The notes under the pieces are model-generated. The model ran no database searches. It had not been told where the DNA came from and worked only from the letters and a program-made list of their open reading frames with translations. A DNA stretch of 24,827 bases. It comes from a virus. Made by a program: the position numbers and the translations under genes. The stretch is from positions 1-24,827 of the IMG/VR virus record IMGVR_UViG_3300033549_000069. The stretch is one strand, 5' to 3'. Of the stretch, positions 1 to 8,008 are shown piece by piece; positions within the stretch are counted from its first letter, which is position 1, and the number at the start of each line of letters is the position of its first letter.

Positions 1-374
1 CAGCGAGCGCCCGAAGGCGTTGGGTCAGTGTCGTCGTCATCGGATTCCATCTGTCGTTCAACTTCTCGGTGGGCCAACCGCACGCTCCGCAGCTCTGCGT
101 CCAGCTCTTCAGCTCGCGCACGGGACTCCCGCAACTCACGCATCATAATCCCCCGCTCCATATCCAATCGAGCCCGCGTGGCCTTCACCTCGGCCATCGA
201 GTTTTGCAAATATTGGAGCGCTATGCACAGCCGTTCGAGCGCCTCCTCACGAGCCTGGATTCTTCCTGCAACATGCTGCGCATCTAGTTCCCCATGAAGT
301 TTCTCCAGCTCCTCTTCTCGCGCCCGGATTTGGTCCTTGATGTCTCTCAACGTGATGATGTTGTCTTCGTCCAT
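1..374 (-). CDS. Coiled-coil hypothetical protein, 3' end outside the window
   Basis: Manual translation from ATG at 374: MDEDNIITLRDIKDQIRAREEELEKLHGELD..., open to the window edge, E/R/L-rich heptads. Not in the ORF track because no stop lies in the window. Confidence 0.75.
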   Translation of the reverse strand, partial: MDEDNIITLRDIKDQIRAREEELEKLHGELDAQHVAGRIQAREEALERLCIALQYLQNSMAEVKATRARLDMERGIMMRELRESRARAEELDAELRSVRLAHREVERQMESDDDDTDPTPSGAR

Positions 375-379
375 GGTGT

Positions 380-643
380 TCAGCGATCTATGGCGCGCAC
401 CACCAATGTGACACTAACGCGCACGTCGCAGCTCCGATTATTCGAATAGAACATATTGTCAGTCGGGTTTCCAGTGCGCGCTTCCGTTGGTCCAAGGTCG
501 TCTTGGTCCACAACAAGATCGCAATTGCGAAGCAGCTTGTATTCGTACAGCGCCTTCGACGCATCCAAGATCTGCTGAACCAGTCGGTCGCGCTCGTTGC
601 GCTTCACTGCCGACAGGCGAGCCATACGATGGTGCTCGGGCAT
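380..643 (-). CDS. Hypothetical phage protein
   Basis: Track ORF 380..676. Start moved to ATG 643, just after the upstream stop at 645; ATG 625 is an alternative. Confidence 0.6.
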   Translation of the reverse strand: MPEHHRMARLSAVKRNERDRLVQQILDASKALYEYKLLRNCDLVVDQDDLGPTEARTGNPTDNMFYSNNRSCDVRVSVTLVVRAIDR

Positions 644-644
644 C

Positions 645-1004
645 CTAATCTGCCTGGCGCTGCACCACGCTGACATCGCAGTCGTCTGGCATGAAGATGT
701 GAACGCTCATGGAGTACGGAGCGATGCCACCCTCTCTGTCACCACACGCCCGCACCTCAACCTTCCAGCCCTCCGGCATGGTCACGCGGTCCCCGTCCTC
801 GGTGTCGTCCGTCCCGACGAACCCGAAGAACCAGCAGCCGTCGTAGAAGCAATGGACGCAGGCCACCTGCTTGCATCCAACGTACATGTCGATCACCTCG
901 CCAAGCTCCTCCTGCGATCCGACGTTGGCTGCGAATTCGTCCGAGATGCACCCACCGATTTCGATCAGGTCGTCACTTCCACCGCTGATGATCAACTCTT
1001 TCAT
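645..1004 (-). CDS. Acidic hypothetical phage protein (MKELIISGGSDDLIEIGG...)
   Basis: ATG at 1004 overlaps the methyltransferase stop (ATGA), with GGAG upstream. C-terminal part of track ORF 645..1271. Confidence 0.75.
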   Translation of the reverse strand: MKELIISGGSDDLIEIGGCISDEFAANVGSQEELGEVIDMYVGCKQVACVHCFYDGCWFFGFVGTDDTEDGDRVTMPEGWKVEVRACGDREGGIAPYSMSVHIFMPDDCDVSVVQRQAD

Positions 1005-1618
1005 GACTCTTCTCCATTGGTGAGAAATGCCTCTGCATCCCACCGCCATGTCCAAATATGAGAACGACGCTCTCGAAGGATCGAGTTGCCGCCCACTTGG
1101 CTCCGAATGATGACCAGCGCGTTCTCTCGCGCATTGCTCGACTGCTTGATACCAGGCGGGGCCATGAACTGCACACGCGGAGCAAGCAGACGGATCTCTG
1201 CACCCGCCGCAATCGCTCGTGCCCACCAGGCCGTAGATGGTGCTGCCGTGCCCATGACAAGCGCCACGCACCCCGGATGAGCGTCCACCTCACGCACGGC
1301 CTTCGACATCCACGCGCCAAGATCCTTGAAGCCAGGGTTGCACCAGGCCACGCGAGGGCGACCACGAACGTCCTCCGGTGCCTGTGCAAACCACGACTGT
1401 ACCAGCCCGTCTTGTTCCCAGGTGATATGGCGAGGAACCACGGCGTTGTCGTCACTCGACGCGACATCAATGTCGATGCAGAACTCACGCGCTAGAGCCG
1501 CCAAGAACACGCGAGGAGTTTGCCATTCCTGCCGCAGGCGGGCCTCATCTACTACGTCATTCGCATTGACAGTGAAAACGCCTACGCCCGGGGTACAAAA
1601 AACATCTGAATTTTCCAA
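1001..1618 (-). CDS. dam: Phage DNA N6-adenine methyltransferase (phage Dam family)
   Basis: Motifs EWQTP, IDVASSDDNA, DGLVQSW, WCNPGF (usually NPPY/F), STAWW, RVQF. RBS AGGAGG before a TTG start. Confidence 0.85.
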   Translation of the reverse strand: MENSDVFCTPGVGVFTVNANDVVDEARLRQEWQTPRVFLAALAREFCIDIDVASSDDNAVVPRHITWEQDGLVQSWFAQAPEDVRGRPRVAWCNPGFKDLGAWMSKAVREVDAHPGCVALVMGTAAPSTAWWARAIAAGAEIRLLAPRVQFMAPPGIKQSSNARENALVIIRSQVGGNSILRERRSHIWTWRWDAEAFLTNGEES

Positions 1619-1634
1619 AGTCCCTCCTGCGGAG

Positions 1635-1665
1635 AGTATTCCCAGCCATTCAAGCGTTTGTCAAC
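1635..1665 (-). promoter_or_regulatory. Sigma70-like promoter for the methyltransferase operon
   Basis: TTGACA (1664-1659), 18 nt, AATACT, directly upstream of the RBS. Confidence 0.5.
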
Positions 1666-1855
1666 CGTCTGTCAATTCTATGCCGCTGATCTCGTCCCAA
1701 AAAGCCAAGCTGTTCTGATCCATCCGTGCGCGCTCTGCCTGGCGCACGCACATCTGCACGTCGTAATGGTTGAGCACCTTCCGACCACGTAGGCGAAACC
1801 AAAGCAAATTCATCTCACAGGTTTCTAGCTCGCGGCCACCCTTCCCCGTCTCCAT
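1661..1855 (-). CDS. Small hypothetical protein
   Basis: 64 aa ORF, purine-rich RBS (AAGGATAGGAG), fills the gap between co-oriented genes. Confidence 0.55.
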   Translation of the reverse strand: METGKGGRELETCEMNLLWFRLRGRKVLNHYDVQMCVRQAERARMDQNSLAFWDEISGIELTDG

Positions 1856-1903
1856 CTCCTATCCTTCCTACACCCCCTCCCCAGTACATTGTAACGCCAT
1901 CCC

Positions 1904-2188
1904 TCACCGCGCCCTAGATTCTTTCTGTTCAACGATCTCTGCCAGGATCTCATTGCACCCATTGAAGACTGACACAACAGACATGATCCGACACTGATGA
2001 CGTGACTGCGCCTCCGCGAACGCATTGTCGCCCAGCGGGTAGTAGTCCCGCGCGTTGGGCGCGGCCAGGTACAGCGCGTTCAGCGCGGCCCGCAGCGTGT
2101 CGCCGCACGCACGCATCTGCTCCTCCAACTCACCCGCGCTCGTTCCGTTGAGGTGAACTAGCGGTCCCTTCAAGTTGTTCGGATTCAT
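1904..2188 (-). CDS. Hypothetical phage protein (HLNGTS...PNARDYYP)
   Basis: RBS AAGGAGG, ATG 2188 in an ATGA overlap with the upstream stop. Confidence 0.75.
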   Translation of the reverse strand: MNPNNLKGPLVHLNGTSAGELEEQMRACGDTLRAALNALYLAAPNARDYYPLGDNAFAEAQSRHQCRIMSVVSVFNGCNEILAEIVEQKESRAR

Positions 2189-2493
2189 GGATCCCTCCTT
2201 TTCACGGGCTCGTCCCACGTCTCAACATCCTCGATACTGAAACCACACGCCTGCGGAAATTCGATCTCCACTTGCGCGGCAAACGACTCTGCCGACGCGA
2301 CCGGATCGCACCCCGCGATGTCACACCCATCGCAGTCCCGGCCCAGGCACACGTCCGAACCTATTATGCGATCCAACCGATCACTAAAGCGCGTGACCTC
2401 GACCAAAGATCGCATCGCCGTGATCAGATCCTTTGACGGGCGCCCAACAAGACACGCCTGCCACAACCCGTTCTTCTTCTCCACTTTCAACAT
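2185..2493 (-). CDS. Hypothetical protein with Cys cluster
   Basis: 102 aa, RBS GGAGG, CxxxxCxxCxxxxC. Confidence 0.7.
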   Translation of the reverse strand: MLKVEKKNGLWQACLVGRPSKDLITAMRSLVEVTRFSDRLDRIIGSDVCLGRDCDGCDIAGCDPVASAESFAAQVEIEFPQACGFSIEDVETWDEPVKRRDP

Positions 2494-2502
2494 GTACCCT
2501 CC

Positions 2503-2787
2503 CTATGCCGCCCGTTGCGCGTCCCGGAGGCGACGCAACTGCGCCCCGAGCGCCCGAACGGAGGCGTGTTCCTTGTCCATCCAGAACTGGTACGCCACCC
2601 CCGACGCCTTGCCCTTGTACTCTATGGTCACGATGCTGCCAGCAGTCGCCACCGTGGCCAGACCACGCAGGGACTCAAGATGGACCACCCCAGCGACCAC
2701 GCGGACCGTGATCGCCTGCATGATCTCGTCGAGGATCGCTTGGCGCAAAGGTTCGTCATCAACGCGGTTGAGCTTCTTGATTTCCAT
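2503..2787 (-). CDS. Hypothetical protein
   Basis: RBS GGAGGT, ATG 2787; first gene after the promoter at 2830-2858. Confidence 0.7.
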   Translation of the reverse strand: MEIKKLNRVDDEPLRQAILDEIMQAITVRVVAGVVHLESLRGLATVATAGSIVTIEYKGKASGVAYQFWMDKEHASVRALGAQLRRLRDAQRAA

Positions 2788-2829
2788 GGACACCTCCCGA
2801 CGAGCATCGCGCCCGCCATCTTGCCTCTC

Positions 2830-2858
2830 AATCTAGCCACCCGATCCGCGTTTGTCAA
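2830..2858 (-). promoter_or_regulatory. Strong sigma70-type promoter
   Basis: TTGACA (2858-2853), 17 nt, TAGATT (2835-2830). Confidence 0.8.
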
Positions 2859-2862
2859 CAAA

Positions 2863-2876
2863 CGAACCCGGGTTCG
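2863..2876. promoter_or_regulatory. Palindromic operator-like site CGAACCCGGGTTCG (copy 1 of 6)
   Basis: Perfect 14-bp palindrome, 4 bp upstream of the -35 TTGACA. Confidence 0.7.
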
Positions 2877-2891
2877 CGTCCATCCCAAACG

Positions 2892-2922
2892 TCCAGACTT
2901 CCAGACTTCCAGACTTCCAGAC
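2892..2922. repeat. 8-bp tandem repeat (TCCAGACT) x about 3.9
   Basis: tccagact tccagact tccagact tccagac, intergenic, just after the antirepressor stop. Confidence 0.9.
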
Positions 2923-2927
2923 GTCTG

Positions 2928-4715
2928 CTAGGGCTTCGGATCCAGCCGCTTGGCCTCCTTGATCAGATCCTCGTCCACTCGGTCGCTGTCCTCGTCGGCC
3001 CAAAGTGGCAGTTGGCGCAACACCTCCGCCGACGTAACTAGATCCGGTCGCACTCGCGGCTTGAGCCCCAGCTCGATGGCCGTCCGGTAGAACTGCTCGT
3101 AGAAGTGCATGAGCCCCTTGCCCGTGACGCGGGTCGTGTACTTCACGCGGGTCTCATCCCGGATCTCCACATTTCGCACCTGCAACACGAACCAGCCATG
3201 GTCCAGGCTGCGCTGGGTCGGCTGATTCGTGCGGCTCCCCGTCTGATGAAGGTAGCGGTTCTCGCGCAACCACTCGAACAGCCGGTTCTGCCCCATCGAC
3301 AGCCCCGTGCCCTGCTGGATCATCTTGGCCACGGCCCCAACCAGATGCGTCGTTGGGGACGCCTCCATGCGCTCCGCGAAGTCCACCAATGGGGCGTCCT
3401 CCACCAGCTTGGCCGCGAGGAGGTGCGCCCGTTCCTTGGCCGCTCGTGCCTCGATCTCAGCCTTGCGCCGACCCTTGGCCTCGGCCAACCACCCCTCCGC
3501 CGCTGCGATGGGATCAGTGAAATCCGGTAACCCTATCCTCGTTGGATCTTCTGGGATCGCACTGTAGCGCCCCGTGCGCCGGATGGATGGGATCACGTCC
3601 CCTGCAACCCATTCCTGGAAGGGCAACGCGGCCGGTTTATCGGAACGCGCCAGGAACCAGTACAGCCCCTGCTCGGATAACAAAGCCATTTGTTGGTTTC
3701 CAGAGGGGGTCAGGACGGATCTGACCCCCCTCCATTTTTCAGGAACGTGTTTGATGCACTCGGTTCCATTCCAGATATACCCCAGCATCTCCGCGACATC
3801 CTTCGCCACCCACCACGGTTCTCCATCGATCATCTGAATCCGCACTGGATGGTCCTCAAACGACAATGATTGCAGTGTTGTTGAGGCGTCGTTGCTCACA
3901 GGTGTCTGTTTCGCAACATATCGAGACCAGGCCGACTGGAGTACACCCTCGCACTCGTCCTGGTACCTCCGCACCTTGTCGGCGACGAACAGGTTGATCC
4001 GAGACGGTTGCAAGGTGAACAGCCATCCGGCCAGCTTTCGCAATGGAATGCACGTAACTTCGCGCACTTGCGAATCCCCCCAAGGCTTCATCCGAATCAT
4101 TACCACGCAGAAACGACTATTGTTGCTGGTCAACTTCGCATGCTGAGCCTTCCAGTCCAACCCCATCCCCTCGACAATATACCGCATCGCCACATAGGGT
4201 TCCCCCTCCCGATCCACGATAGTCAACCGCTGCCCATGGAAATCGACGGGATCGAGAACCTTCGCGGATGCGGCTGTCCGTGGCGCTACTGGTTCAGCGG
4301 TCTCCTGTGGTACTGGTCTCGGAGTCACCTGCCGAATGGGCTCGGATGGTGTCTGCGGAAAGACCACCTGGGCTGCCACGATCTGGTCCCGGAGGGATCG
4401 AGCGCTCACCTTGTCCGACCGCGCCAAGAACTGGATGATGCCCGAGTCAGACAGGTGAAGACAGAACTTCTCCCCTCTGTTCGTCTCGACGACGAAGAAC
4501 CGCTTGTGATCTCCCTCCACATGCGGCGGCCTATAGTAGGTAGTGTACCCGAGATGCTGCAACAGCTCCCGCAGGTTCCACCAGCGCTGGCCGTCCTCCA
4601 CACGGTACGTGACGCCGTACTGCCCCAGATTCAACGTATCGACGATCCGCTCCGCCAGTTTCGCACTGCCCTTGTTCGTTCCCTCTTGCCTCAAACTGGT
4701 TCCATTGCTATCCAT
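2928..4715 (-). CDS. Multidomain phage antirepressor: degenerate BRO-N + P22 Ant N-terminal + BRO-N + ANT/KilA-C
   Basis: VDFHGQRL...GEPYVAMRYIVEGMGLDWKAQ (P22 Ant N-like); DGEPWWVAKDV...SEQGLY...RSDKP..FQEWV..DVIPSIRRTGRY (BRO-N); MGQNRLFEWLR...PTQ...TTRVTGKG (ANT/KilA-C). ATG 4715 chosen from RBS spacing; GTG 4724 is the alternative. Confidence 0.9.
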   Translation of the reverse strand: MDSNGTSLRQEGTNKGSAKLAERIVDTLNLGQYGVTYRVEDGQRWWNLRELLQHLGYTTYYRPPHVEGDHKRFFVVETNRGEKFCLHLSDSGIIQFLARSDKVSARSLRDQIVAAQVVFPQTPSEPIRQVTPRPVPQETAEPVAPRTAASAKVLDPVDFHGQRLTIVDREGEPYVAMRYIVEGMGLDWKAQHAKLTSNNSRFCVVMIRMKPWGDSQVREVTCIPLRKLAGWLFTLQPSRINLFVADKVRRYQDECEGVLQSAWSRYVAKQTPVSNDASTTLQSLSFEDHPVRIQMIDGEPWWVAKDVAEMLGYIWNGTECIKHVPEKWRGVRSVLTPSGNQQMALLSEQGLYWFLARSDKPAALPFQEWVAGDVIPSIRRTGRYSAIPEDPTRIGLPDFTDPIAAAEGWLAEAKGRRKAEIEARAAKERAHLLAAKLVEDAPLVDFAERMEASPTTHLVGAVAKMIQQGTGLSMGQNRLFEWLRENRYLHQTGSRTNQPTQRSLDHGWFVLQVRNVEIRDETRVKYTTRVTGKGLMHFYEQFYRTAIELGLKPRVRPDLVTSAEVLRQLPLWADEDSDRVDEDLIKEAKRLDPKP

Positions 4716-4737
4716 GCACGTCACGTCCTTTCGTTTT

Positions 4738-4775
4738 AGGCCGTCCGGTTTGCCTCACTGGACGGCCTTTTTTTT
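4738..4775 (+). terminator. Intrinsic terminator facing antisense to the antirepressor leader
   Basis: AGGCCGTCCGGT-7 nt-ACTGGACGGCCT then a T run; the single mismatch is G-U only in plus-strand RNA. Confidence 0.7.
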
Positions 4776-4784
4776 GCCCACGCT

Positions 4785-4814
4785 TCTATATCACCTGCCA
4801 ACAAGGTTGTTCAA
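4785..4814 (-). promoter_or_regulatory. Possible promoter of the antirepressor gene
   Basis: TTGAAC, 18 nt, TATAGA with a TGn extension. Confidence 0.4.
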
Positions 4815-4856
4815 CCGATCAATTCCACTTCGTCTAATGCCACGAAACTACCCCGT

Positions 4857-4892
4857 AAAATAAAAAGCCCCGGCGCACCATTGCGCCGAGGC
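4857..4892 (-). terminator. Intrinsic terminator downstream of the BRO gene
   Basis: Minus strand GCCTCGGCGCA-atgg-TGCGCCGGGGC then TTTTTATTTT. Confidence 0.8.
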
Positions 4893-5054
4893 ACCGTTGG
4901 GTAACCGACCGATTTAGAACCCTACCACAACAGCAAAATCACATATAGAAATCCGTTGCTAATTCGTTAAAATCAGCAAGAAATCCTCACGAATCACAAT
5001 CCGCCACATGGAGATTCACCAGTATCAAACGCACATGCGAAAATCCGCTGCTGA

Positions 5055-5930
5055 TTACTTGGAATCTGCACGAAATCCGTACAAATCACGAGACACAATG
5101 TAAAGATCCGAAAAAGATCCCGGATATTTCACTCTGTCTAATTCCTCGACGATATCTAACCCAGAAACCTTGTGTCCTCGGTTCTTAGCCCTTCGAACTA
5201 GATCGATTCCATGCCGCGTTCGAAACTCACTATACAATTTACTCCAGACCATCCCTGCTTCCTCATTGCTGAGCCCGCGAGCATCAATGTACCTCTGGAC
5301 AATCTGATTAATACGCTCCCTCAATGACACCTCACACACACCAAGCACGGGAGGCTCCACTACCGGCTCCTTGACAGGCTCCACTGCCAGCTCCTCAGCC
5401 TGCTCCGGTGGCGCTAGGATCATCGCAGCACCCTCTGCCGCACGACGTGCCAAGTCACCTACTCGCTTCGCAATGACCTGCTGGGCAGACCTAACCCGAA
5501 AGTGCTCGGCTTCCAGCTCCCGCATACGACGCTCGTGATCCACGAGGTTCTGCACAGCGTCCAAAAGAGACTCGACCGGGGTCTTCGAATCACTGTACCG
5601 ACCCGTCTTCCGAATCTGTGGCAACACTTCACTGGCGATCCACTTCTGAAACGGGACCGCCGCTGGCTTATCGCTGCGCGCTACGAAGAAGTAGAGTCCC
5701 TGCTCGGAAAGAGCAATGATTTCCTGTACCCCGCCAGGGGTACGAAACGGCTTCGTCCCCTTCCACTCATCGGGAACCTTGGCCGTGATATTCGCGGCAT
5801 CGCTACTCTCCGCATACCCTAACGCTGACATCACGTCCTTGGCTACCCACCAGGGGTTTCCATCGAATAGCTCCACCCGTACCGTTCTGTTCTCAAACTC
5901 AAACGCCTGTACCAACTGACTCTCTTCCAT
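5055..5930 (-). CDS. BRO-N domain protein (antirepressor-like) with coiled coil and C-terminal helical domain
   Basis: FEFENRTVRV..DGNPWWVAKDV..LGY...TPGGVQ...LSEQGLY...RSDKP..FQKWI.SEVLPQIRKTGRY; RBS GAGGTG. Confidence 0.9.
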   Translation of the reverse strand: MEESQLVQAFEFENRTVRVELFDGNPWWVAKDVMSALGYAESSDAANITAKVPDEWKGTKPFRTPGGVQEIIALSEQGLYFFVARSDKPAAVPFQKWIASEVLPQIRKTGRYSDSKTPVESLLDAVQNLVDHERRMRELEAEHFRVRSAQQVIAKRVGDLARRAAEGAAMILAPPEQAEELAVEPVKEPVVEPPVLGVCEVSLRERINQIVQRYIDARGLSNEEAGMVWSKLYSEFRTRHGIDLVRRAKNRGHKVSGLDIVEELDRVKYPGSFSDLYIVSRDLYGFRADSK

Positions 5931-6006
5931 CGATCACCTCCATCTGTTCAGCCATCAATCCACACGGCTCACCACGAACCGCATCAACTCCAAATACCCA
6001 CAGACA

Positions 6007-6020
6007 CGAACCCAGGTTCG
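6007..6020. promoter_or_regulatory. Palindromic site CGAACCCAGGTTCG (copy 2)
   Basis: Upstream of the BRO gene. Confidence 0.65.
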
Positions 6021-6104
6021 CCTGCCACGAAAACCAGCCACACGTTGATCTGCTCATGCACGTTTGTCAACCGATCAAAACGCGCCAAACCGAAAAACGC
6101 ATGT

Positions 6105-6137
6105 CGTTTGTCAACAAAACTCAACTGTTGACAAACG
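6105..6137. repeat. 12-bp inverted repeat holding back-to-back TTGACA boxes
   Basis: CGTTTGTCAACA-9 nt-TGTTGACAAACG; a further CGTTTGTCAAC at 6061-6071. Confidence 0.8.
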
Positions 6138-6552
6138 GTTATCTGTGCCTATTTAAATGTGTACCTAACTAGTGGACTTTTGTTGGTTTTTTCCGATACC
6201 TGTTTTTTTGAATGGATCTCTACTTAAACCCAAGAACCATCGATCCCCCCCGGCGCTTCCCTGCGGTCAGCGCCGTCCCCCCTTCCGGGGGGCGGTGAAT
6301 CGCAGCTCTGAAGATTCAGACATCAAAAAAGCATGTGGGGATTCGGGGTTGGTGACGGCTTCGTTCAGAGCTTCGGATCCGCGCCTGCCCCCCGTCTCGC
6401 TGCGCTCGCCTCCCCCCATGTGCCCTGATCCAAATGTCGTGTCAAGCAAATAGCGACATCGTACTGTAACTCCATGAAATTACAAAAGACATCACCTGTT
6501 GCTAAATACCACATATAAAATATCGAAGACGTTGCACATGGTAAAATCGACA

Positions 6553-6566
6553 CGAACCCGGGTTCG
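6553..6566. promoter_or_regulatory. Palindromic site CGAACCCGGGTTCG (copy 3)
   Basis: Perfect palindrome within AT-rich non-coding DNA. Confidence 0.65.
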
Positions 6567-6618
6567 CGTCGCAAATTCAATTTGATTTTCGATAAAAGCG
6601 ATGATAGCTTTTTCCCCT

Positions 6619-6682
6619 GCGATGCGCCGAGCACCCCCGGTGTCCCCCCCACACTGAGCTTGGCGCGTCGCTTTTTTTATTT
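6619..6682 (+). terminator. Plus-strand terminator-like hairpin
   Basis: GCGATGCGCCGAGC...GCTTGGCGCGTCGC (14 bp, two G-U pairs in plus RNA) then TTTTTTTATTT. Confidence 0.6.
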
Positions 6683-6697
6683 CCCCCATCCTCACGA

Positions 6698-6940
6698 CTA
6701 AAACGGCAGGTGTGCCGCAACTGGATTACTCGGGTGGATCTCCGCGATCCGTAGCGCTATGGCGTGACGCACTTCTCCTTGGCTTGGCGGCCACTGCACC
6801 GCGTCCCCCAAACGAAAGTACACGGCCTCCACCGCAATGGGCGGGATCGCGTAGGGATCTGTCAGGTGCAGGACGTCCACCACCTTGGTCACCGCCGCCA
6901 GCAGGCTAGATCGCGTACACGCCTGTTCTTCCGTCGTCAT
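6698..6940 (-). CDS. Hypothetical protein
   Basis: 80 aa, RBS GAGGAG, ATGA overlap. Confidence 0.7.
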   Translation of the reverse strand: MTTEEQACTRSSLLAAVTKVVDVLHLTDPYAIPPIAVEAVYFRLGDAVQWPPSQGEVRHAIALRIAEIHPSNPVAAHLPF

Positions 6941-7161
6941 GTCTCCTCCTCTGGGCAGGTAGGGAGCTGCGTCTTGAGCCCCGCGTGGAAGTCCCGGAAC
7001 GCTATGTAGAGGGCCGCTCGTTGTTCACTACCCAAGGCTAGATACTCAAGTCGGCGTCGCTCCTCCGCACCCTTCACCCATGCGCGGAATTCGTCTGCGT
7101 GCTGATAGGTCCAGTCGTGTTCGGTTAACAGCTTAAAGTAGGCCGCCATGGACGTGCTCAT
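6937..7161 (-). CDS. Small phage protein (HDWxYxxxD motif)
   Basis: 74 aa, RBS GGAG, LxxHDWTYQHADE. Confidence 0.75.
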   Translation of the reverse strand: MSTSMAAYFKLLTEHDWTYQHADEFRAWVKGAEERRRLEYLALGSEQRAALYIAFRDFHAGLKTQLPTCPEEET

Positions 7162-7163
7162 GG

Positions 7164-7670
7164 CTACTCCGGCAAGAACAAGAAGGGCGCTCCTTCGGCG
7201 ACCGCCTCCCGGATCTTCCTCAGCTCGGCTTGCAACTCCTCAGCCTGATACACAAACGGCTTCAACCCGAAGATCTCGGCATGCAACTGCGCCACCTCGC
7301 GCTTCAGCTCATCTCTCTCCGCTTCCACAACTCGCATCGGATGTTTGGGACACGTCCCGATGTGCGCCCCGATCTTCACCGTCGCGTCCGGTGCGTCCAA
7401 GGGGAACCGCTCCCCGCAGTACGCGCAGTAGGTCTCGCCCTTGAGCCGCTCGACCTCGGTCTTGAGTTCCACGTTATGGCCATGCGCAACGGAACACACC
7501 TCCAGCATCTTGGTGAGCCGCGCGACCTCGCGCCGCAATCCCTCTTCGGCCTCGCCGACGGGACACGACTCCTTGGGCTTTGTGTCCGAGTCGCAATACC
7601 AAACGCCATGCGTCGCGCACTCATACCGCCCGACATACTCCCCGTCTTTTTCGATCTCACATTCGCTCAT
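7164..7670 (-). CDS. Hypothetical coiled-coil protein with probable Zn-binding motifs
   Basis: ATG 7670 in an ATGA overlap, RBS GGAGG; CATH..C..C and CAYC...H..C.KH. Confidence 0.75.
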   Translation of the reverse strand: MSECEIEKDGEYVGRYECATHGVWYCDSDTKPKESCPVGEAEEGLRREVARLTKMLEVCSVAHGHNVELKTEVERLKGETYCAYCGERFPLDAPDATVKIGAHIGTCPKHPMRVVEAERDELKREVAQLHAEIFGLKPFVYQAEELQAELRKIREAVAEGAPFLFLPE

Positions 7671-8008
7671 GGTTCCTCCGTGTATGGCTCGATCTGCACG
7701 CGGTTCTCCGCATCCAGAAAGATGCGACTGCATCGCTCTCCATCGGGACATCGGAGATACACATCTTCACCCTTCACCATGTTAGCTGCGCCGAGAGCAC
7801 CCTGTTTGCGCTTGTCCGATTCCAGCATCGCACCCCGCAACTGAATCTGACAATCCACTAGATCTTGCTCCAGATCGGACACAATCTCCTTTAACGCCGC
7901 AGCCTCATCGTCCGCCGCCCGTACCCACTTTCCACATACTGCGCCCAGGACCACGCTGCCGAGAACGAACACCACCAACATCATCGGTAGCAAGGGTACT
8001 TGTTTCAT
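7667..8008 (-). CDS. Membrane-anchored coiled-coil protein
   Basis: N-terminal hydrophobic helix; LEQDLVDCQIQLRGAML shared with 9342..9557. Confidence 0.75.
   Translation of the reverse strand: MKQVPLLPMMLVVFVLGSVVLGAVCGKWVRAADDEAAALKEIVSDLEQDLVDCQIQLRGAMLESDKRKQGALGAANMVKGEDVYLRCPDGERCSRIFLDAENRVQIEPYTEEP

Noticed and set aside
6172-6695. ORFs 6172..6453, 6267..6449, 6365..6652 and 6492..6695
   Set aside because: Mutually overlapping, weak starts, and they run through hairpins and operator sites; treated as non-coding.
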